Source: an uncultured Chloroflexia bacterium
GTDB lineage: Bacteria > Chloroflexota > Ktedonobacteria > Ktedonobacterales > JADMIN01
Length of the DNA: 32,000 bases
NCBI GenBank assembly: GCA_963718915.1
Contig: CAVRAI010000014.1
Location: forward strand, 120,001 to 152,000
Reading direction: 5' to 3'
The position numbers and the translations under genes are program-made. Numbering within the stretch: the first letter of the stretch is position 1; the number at the start of each line of letters is the position of its first letter. Positions 27,507-32,000 of this stretch are shown here, piece by piece. The notes under the pieces were generated by a model. It was not told the origin of the DNA. It saw only the letters and a list, made by a program, of their open reading frames with translations, and made no database searches.

Positions 27507-30162
27507 GGCTGGCCTCCCTCGGTGTCACCGCGATGGGCGACTCGGCTGGCTCGGCGATGCGTGTGACGACGCCGGACGTGCCATTGACCTCGATCAGATC
27601 GCCGGTCGTGAGCCAGGAAGTGACGCCCGCGACCGAGACGACCGCCGGGATGCCCAGCTCGCGCGCGACGATGGCCGAATGCGAGAGGACGCTGCCGCGT
27701 TCGACTACGACCCCCGCCGCGCCCGCGAAGAGCAGAATCCAGCCGGGGTCGGTACGCTCCGCCACCAGAATCTCGCCCGCGCGTACCTCGGCGGCCTTCG
27801 GGTCGGTCACCACGCGCGCCCGTCCGCGCACCACGCCAGGACAGCAGCCGATGCCAGTCAGCCGGTCCGTCGTATCACCCGTGTGTGGCTCATCTGCGAT
27901 GGGAATGAGCCGCGCCGTCAGCGGGCCGACGGTGACCAGCCCGCGTGTCTCGAAGCGGTCGGGCGGTGGCTCGTCGGCGCGCCAGCGAGCAAACTCCGCC
28001 TGACGGATGGCCACCAGCCCCTTGAGGTTGGTCGTTGTCGCTGTGCCTGTCACCAGCCCCAGCGCTTCCTCAACTTCCACATAGAAGATGTCGCGCGGAT
28101 TTTCCAGCAGGCCCAGCGCGTAGAAGCGGCGGCCAAGCTCGACGAAGATGCGGCGCACTCGGCCAAAGACGCGCGTGCGCTCGAAGCGCAGGTTCTCACG
28201 GTCGCGCACCCGCGCCCGCGCCCGTGCCAGCACGAAGTTGAACGCCGCCCGCCGCAAGGGATGCCACGCCAGTCTCCGTCGCACCGTGCGCTCCGCCAGC
28301 GCGCGCTTCGACTGGTCCGGCGCATCGTTTGTGGGCGCTTCCGTTGGTGCGCTATCCTCCGACGCGAAACGCTGGGCAAGGTGGCCTATGGCGCGTAGCA
28401 GCGGCGTGGGATCGTCGCGCAGCGTTGGGCTTTCGAGCTTCAACTCCTCCAGACAGCGGTCGGCGAACTTTGCCAGATACGCCTGATACTCCTCATCGAA
28501 CGCCGGGTAGCGCACGATCTCGCGCTGGATGGGGTCTGGTGTTCCGGTGCGCAGTATGTCGGCCAATTCGGGGAACCGCGCGGCCAGCATCGCGAGCGAG
28601 CGCACCCGCCGCGCTGGCTCGGCGCTGATGATGCCGCCCTGCCCGCTAACGAGGTCGTTCTGCAGCGTGCCCGCCTTGTCGTCGCACCAGGCGATACACA
28701 GCCTGCGCAGCAGGCCATAGAAGAGCATGGCGAAGAGGTCGTTGACCAGCGGCGCGTCCCAGTGGGCCAGCAGCCTGCCCTCCAGGTCGCGATAATGGGC
28801 GACCAGCTCATCGGGCCGCATCACTTCAAGAGGAATCTTGCCAGGCGCCAGCGCCTCATCCAGTCGGGCGTAGAAGCGCTCGATATCGCGCGGCAGTTGT
28901 CGCTCATGGCGCGCGAGACTGGCCACCGCGCGTAGCAGCTTCAGCGCGTCCATCAGGCGCATACGGCCGCCGTTCGCGGCCAGACGCGCCGCCAGCGCGG
29001 GTGGTAGCTCCTCCTTGACGCCCATCATCTGCTCCATGAAGCGGCGGTTAGCGCTGAAGCCGGGGGCCAGCGCCAGCAGGTCGTACCAGCTAAAGAGGCT
29101 GTAGTAGATACGCCCGCGCACCAGTCCAATCATGCGGCGGAAGGTATCGGCGTGCGCAGCGATTTCTGGCTCGGAGACGCCGAGCAGGCGGCACAGTTCG
29201 CGGTAGACCTCCTCGTAGGCATGGCGGGCGAAGGAGAAGGTGAGCGGAGTCGTGACGCCGCCATAGCTTTCGGCGATGTTGCTGTTATCCCAGAGGGCGT
29301 ACGCGCCGTCGGGATCGCGCATCGTGGCCAGCGTCGTGATAGGCCGTGACTGCAAGAGGAAGAGATCGCCGCCCGCAATCGCCCACTCGCTATCCTGTGG
29401 GACGCCGAAGTGCTGCTCGCAGCGCCGCGCCAGCGCTGCAACCGCCCGTAGTTGCTCGTCGTCGAGCGTCTGTTGTCGTTGGGTCCGTTGGACGCGCTCG
29501 ATGGCGCCGAGGCGATCCACCGTCGCGGTCTCGCCCTCATTCGCGCCAGAGACGAGCGCCTCGCCCAGTCCCACAATATCGCTGACCACCGCGACGCCGC
29601 GCCGCCCGCTGGCTGGATCCGCGCTGAAGGCGACGCCAGATATGTCCGCCGCCACCATCCGCTGGATGAGCACGGCGGGCGCGGGCGAAACGGCATCCAG
29701 TCCATGCGTGCGGCGATACGCCAGGATGCGTGCGCTGAAGCCCGAGCGCCAGACATCGGCCACGCGCGCGGCCACATCCTCCGGCGCGACGTTCAGGTAG
29801 GAGGAGAGTTGCCCGGCGAAGGAGTGCGCGCTGCCATCTTCATCGCTAGCGGATGAGCGTACCGCGAAGAGCTGTCCATCAGGCCCAAGAGCCGCAACCG
29901 CCTGGGCTAATTCAGCGGCCACCACATTGTCCGGCGTCAGGGGTGCCAGCGCGGCGGTGACGGCGGCCTCATCGCCCGACTCACAGGCGGCGGCCAGTCG
30001 TTCGCGGTCGGCGGCGCCGAGGCTATCATCGAACGCGGCGGGATCGAGCGCGAACCAGGCGGGAACCGGAAAGCCCGCCTGTTGGAGGCTCGCCAGCGCG
30101 GCAGCCTTCCCGCCGATCCGGCTGGCAGTGGCGTCTGCTGTTGGCTGGATGATGTAGCGCAT
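27496..30162 (-). CDS. PEP-utilising-enzyme family dikinase, rifampicin-phosphotransferase-like architecture (N-terminal ATP-grasp PPDK_N domain, central helical domain, C-terminal phosphohistidine swivel domain; no PEP/pyruvate TIM barrel)
   Basis: N-terminus IGGKAAALASLQQAGFPVPAWFAL ... VRSSASDEDG..SFAGQ ... PQDSEWAI. C-terminus GCCPGVVRGRARVV...GEILVAERTDPGW..LF..AAGVVVERGSVLSHSAIVARELGIPAVV. ATG at 30162 preceded by GGAGG; the track GTG at 30177 is rejected. Confidence 0.85.
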   Translation of the reverse strand: MRYIIQPTADATASRIGGKAAALASLQQAGFPVPAWFALDPAAFDDSLGAADRERLAAACESGDEAAVTAALAPLTPDNVVAAELAQAVAALGPDGQLFAVRSSASDEDGSAHSFAGQLSSYLNVAPEDVAARVADVWRSGFSARILAYRRTHGLDAVSPAPAVLIQRMVAADISGVAFSADPASGRRGVAVVSDIVGLGEALVSGANEGETATVDRLGAIERVQRTQRQQTLDDEQLRAVAALARRCEQHFGVPQDSEWAIAGGDLFLLQSRPITTLATMRDPDGAYALWDNSNIAESYGGVTTPLTFSFARHAYEEVYRELCRLLGVSEPEIAAHADTFRRMIGLVRGRIYYSLFSWYDLLALAPGFSANRRFMEQMMGVKEELPPALAARLAANGGRMRLMDALKLLRAVASLARHERQLPRDIERFYARLDEALAPGKIPLEVMRPDELVAHYRDLEGRLLAHWDAPLVNDLFAMLFYGLLRRLCIAWCDDKAGTLQNDLVSGQGGIISAEPARRVRSLAMLAARFPELADILRTGTPDPIQREIVRYPAFDEEYQAYLAKFADRCLEELKLESPTLRDDPTPLLRAIGHLAQRFASEDSAPTEAPTNDAPDQSKRALAERTVRRRLAWHPLRRAAFNFVLARARARVRDRENLRFERTRVFGRVRRIFVELGRRFYALGLLENPRDIFYVEVEEALGLVTGTATTTNLKGLVAIRQAEFARWRADEPPPDRFETRGLVTVGPLTARLIPIADEPHTGDTTDRLTGIGCCPGVVRGRARVVTDPKAAEVRAGEILVAERTDPGWILLFAGAAGVVVERGSVLSHSAIVARELGIPAVVSVAGVTSWLTTGDLIEVNGTSGVVTRIAEPAESPIAVTPREASHVQ

Positions 30163-30179
30163 CGGTGAAACCTCCACAG

Positions 30180-30209
30180 GTCAGGCGAACGTCAGGCGAA
30201 CGTCAGGCG
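30180..30209. repeat. 11-bp tandem repeat GTCAGGCGAAC x2.7 spanning the stop codon of the UbiA-family gene
   Basis: GTCAGGCGAAC GTCAGGCGAAC GTCAGGCG read directly. The TGA stop (30192-30194, minus strand) lies in the second copy. Confidence 0.8.
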
Positions 30210-31178
30210 TAGCGCCAGTGGAATCGCGCCGAGGCTCAGATAGAGCGCCAGCGTCCAGAGGCCAGAGACCAGCTCAATCGGTTTGCCACTGCCTGGCGCG
30301 GGGCGCCGCAGGAAGCGCAATCCTATCACGACCGCCAGCGCGGCCACAGCTACGTAGGCGACGATCTCCCACGGCGTCTCGATCTGGAAAGTGGCCAGCG
30401 CCGCCCCAATCGCCGTAACACCGAGCGCAATCAGCCAGACGAGCACGGCGCGCTGGCGTCCCCAGAGCGCGCTATAGGTTTCCACACCATATTCTTCGTC
30501 TTCAGGCGCGCGAATCTTGCGCCCAACTTCGAGAATGAAGCCATTGCAGAAGCTGACAAAGAGCAGAATGCCGAGGCCGAGCGGCGGCGCGACATTGGCG
30601 ACGCGCCAGTCGCAGGCGGTGCCGTAGAGGTCGATCAGCGGCAGGATCAGCATGTGGCTCCACATGTAAGCTGTCGGATGCGCCTTGAGCCAGTCGCGCA
30701 CGAAAAACTCGCGGCACATCAGCCCCAGGTACGCCCACGTCACCAGCAGGAACGGCAGCAGCGCCGGAGAGAGCCAGAACGCCAGCAGCGTCTGCACGCC
30801 GCCCGCCACCACCGCGACAATGGCCAGTTCGCGTAACGTAATGAGGCCGCGCGGCACCGGACGATACGGGCGATAGCGGGCGTCCTCGTCGGCGTCTTTG
30901 AACTCGTCAGCGATCCGCATCTCCAGGAAGAAGAGCAGCGCCGTGCAGAAGGCGACCACAATCGCTTTGAGCGACGGCAGCGCCACGACACCACGCGCCA
31001 GCATTGAGAAGGTGAGCGTGCAGAAGCTGAACGCGGCGATCAACGGGATATGAGTAGAAAGCGGGAAGCGCTCGCGCTGATAAATCCACCAGCGCGCCAG
31101 TAGCGATGGGCGCTGCTTCGCGCGTAGCGTGGTAGCCGCAACGTCATTCTTTGCCTGAATGGGCGCGTCGTTAGGCAT
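30192..31178 (-). CDS. UbiA-family integral-membrane prenyltransferase-like protein
   Basis: About 8-9 predicted TM helices. Asp-rich loop EMRIADEFKDADEDARYRPYRPVPRG, matching the UbiA first-motif region (D..D...D followed by R.....RP.P.G). ATG at 31178 overlaps the HMGR-like stop (ATGCCTAA). The track start at 31268 is rejected. Confidence 0.72.
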   Translation of the reverse strand: MPNDAPIQAKNDVAATTLRAKQRPSLLARWWIYQRERFPLSTHIPLIAAFSFCTLTFSMLARGVVALPSLKAIVVAFCTALLFFLEMRIADEFKDADEDARYRPYRPVPRGLITLRELAIVAVVAGGVQTLLAFWLSPALLPFLLVTWAYLGLMCREFFVRDWLKAHPTAYMWSHMLILPLIDLYGTACDWRVANVAPPLGLGILLFVSFCNGFILEVGRKIRAPEDEEYGVETYSALWGRQRAVLVWLIALGVTAIGAALATFQIETPWEIVAYVAVAALAVVIGLRFLRRPAPGSGKPIELVSGLWTLALYLSLGAIPLALRLTFA

Positions 31179-32000
31179 CGCCGCCGCCTTCCTGGTGATT
31201 CGGGCGCCGACCATCGCGCGCCAGCTTGCGGTGCGCGCTCGCGAAGTGGCCCGCGCAGAGCGCTCCAATCAGCGAAAGCTCGCCCGCGAGGCAGAGTCCG
31301 GCGCAGACCTCCGCCAGCGCGGCGGCGTGTCCCGACCCGGCAAGACCCATTAGTTCCAGGCAGGCGTGCTGGCCTGGCAGCCCCGTGCCTCCGCCAACCG
31401 TGCCGACGATGATGCTGGGCAGCGTCACCGCGGCGTAGAGGTCGCCTGCCGCAGTCACTTCCATCCGGGTGACGCCCATCGCCGACTCCGCGACGCAGGC
31501 GACATCCTGCCCAGTGGCCAGGTAGAGCGCGGCCAGCCCGTTGGCGTAGTGGCCCTGCGCGCCGAGCGTGCCGCTGAGGACGCCGCCGAGCGCGCCCATG
31601 CGGAAGTAGTCGGCCATCCGCGCTGGCGTTGTGCGCAAGCGCCGCCGCACCAACTCCTCTGGAATGGTCACCTCCGCGCTGACCCGCCGCCCGCGCACGC
31701 CCACGAACGAGCGGGCGCTGGCCTTCTTGTCGCCGGAGTAGTTCGCCTCCAGGAACCAGTAGTCCGGCTGGATGGGCGTCTCGGCGAGAATATGCGCGCA
31801 GATTGCCTCGGTCGCCAGTGTCACCATATTCTGCCCGGCGGCGTCGCCCGTGGTGAAGTCGAGATGTAGATAGACGTGGTTGCCCTCGATCACCGCGCGC
31901 ATCTCTTTCAACCGCCCATGGCTGGTGGTGGTGGCGACGCAGCCGTTGAAGACGAGCCGCTGCGCCAGCGCCCATTCGGCGAATTGCGCCGCCTCGCGCA
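31171..32000 (-). CDS. Class-I HMG-CoA reductase-like protein (C-terminal ~275 aa; 5' end lies beyond the window)
   Basis: TTGDAAGQNMV (DAMGxNM region), ATGQDVACVAESAMGVTRME, LPSIIVGTVGGGTGLPGQHACLELMG and LAGELSLIGALCAGHFASAHRKLAR all match the class-I HMGR catalytic domain. The frame stays open upstream to position 32000 (…REAAQFAEWALAQRLVFNGCVATTTSHGRLKEMRAV…). Confidence 0.85.
   Translation of the reverse strand, partial: REAAQFAEWALAQRLVFNGCVATTTSHGRLKEMRAVIEGNHVYLHLDFTTGDAAGQNMVTLATEAICAHILAETPIQPDYWFLEANYSGDKKASARSFVGVRGRRVSAEVTIPEELVRRRLRTTPARMADYFRMGALGGVLSGTLGAQGHYANGLAALYLATGQDVACVAESAMGVTRMEVTAAGDLYAAVTLPSIIVGTVGGGTGLPGQHACLELMGLAGSGHAAALAEVCAGLCLAGELSLIGALCAGHFASAHRKLARDGRRPNHQEGGGDA

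Noticed and set aside
31171-32000. Interpreting the HMGR-like gene as proof of a mevalonate pathway locus.
   Set aside because: Only HMGR is visible. No HMG-CoA synthase, mevalonate kinase or decarboxylase lies in the 9.5 kb downstream. Whether MVA genes lie upstream of 32000 cannot be seen from this window.

Overview
GC-rich (about 60-65%), gene-dense bacterial chromosomal window with about 26 genes, nearly all on the minus strand. All calls rest on reading motifs in the supplied translations and the DNA; no search was run. The content looks Chloroflexota/Ktedonobacteria-like (P/Q-rich receptor kinase, many WSPDGK propeller repeats, MglAB), but that is only a guess.

Left to right:
- A receptor with a degenerate Ser/Thr kinase domain fused to an extracellular PBP1 solute-binding domain, then a membrane-anchored PD40/WD40-like propeller protein.
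- A quinone block: ubiE/menG methyltransferase and a polyprenyl diphosphate synthase.
- A PflX-like radical SAM protein and a HicB-like/DinB-like hypothetical.
- uvrB, split by one frameshift.
- A Tat-signal hypothetical, purH, and an mglA-mglB GTPase/GAP pair.
- A frameshifted small GNAT and a PRC-barrel-like protein.
- A roughly 1100-aa type IIG/ISP-like restriction-modification fusion, broken by at least 4 frame changes.
- An MgtC-family protein, a metallophosphoesterase and an AlkD-like DNA alkylation repair protein.
- From 22.4 kb to the window edge, a 7-gene translationally coupled operon: class-I HMG-CoA-reductase-like, UbiA-family prenyltransferase, rifampicin-phosphotransferase-type PEP-utilising dikinase, BtaA-like DUF3419, polyprenol/phytol-kinase-like, two-domain GNAT, and acyl-adenylate ligase. 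I do not recognise this as a described pathway, and it is my best candidate for a novel lipid/isoprenoid-modifying system.

Two families of long palindromic REP/REPIN- or MITE-like repeats occur. One family sits at 10.7 and 14.7 kb. The other sits at 25.15 and 27.3 kb inside the operon, and one of its copies lies in-frame within the 5' end of the BtaA-like gene.

No rRNA, tRNA or CRISPR array was recognised.
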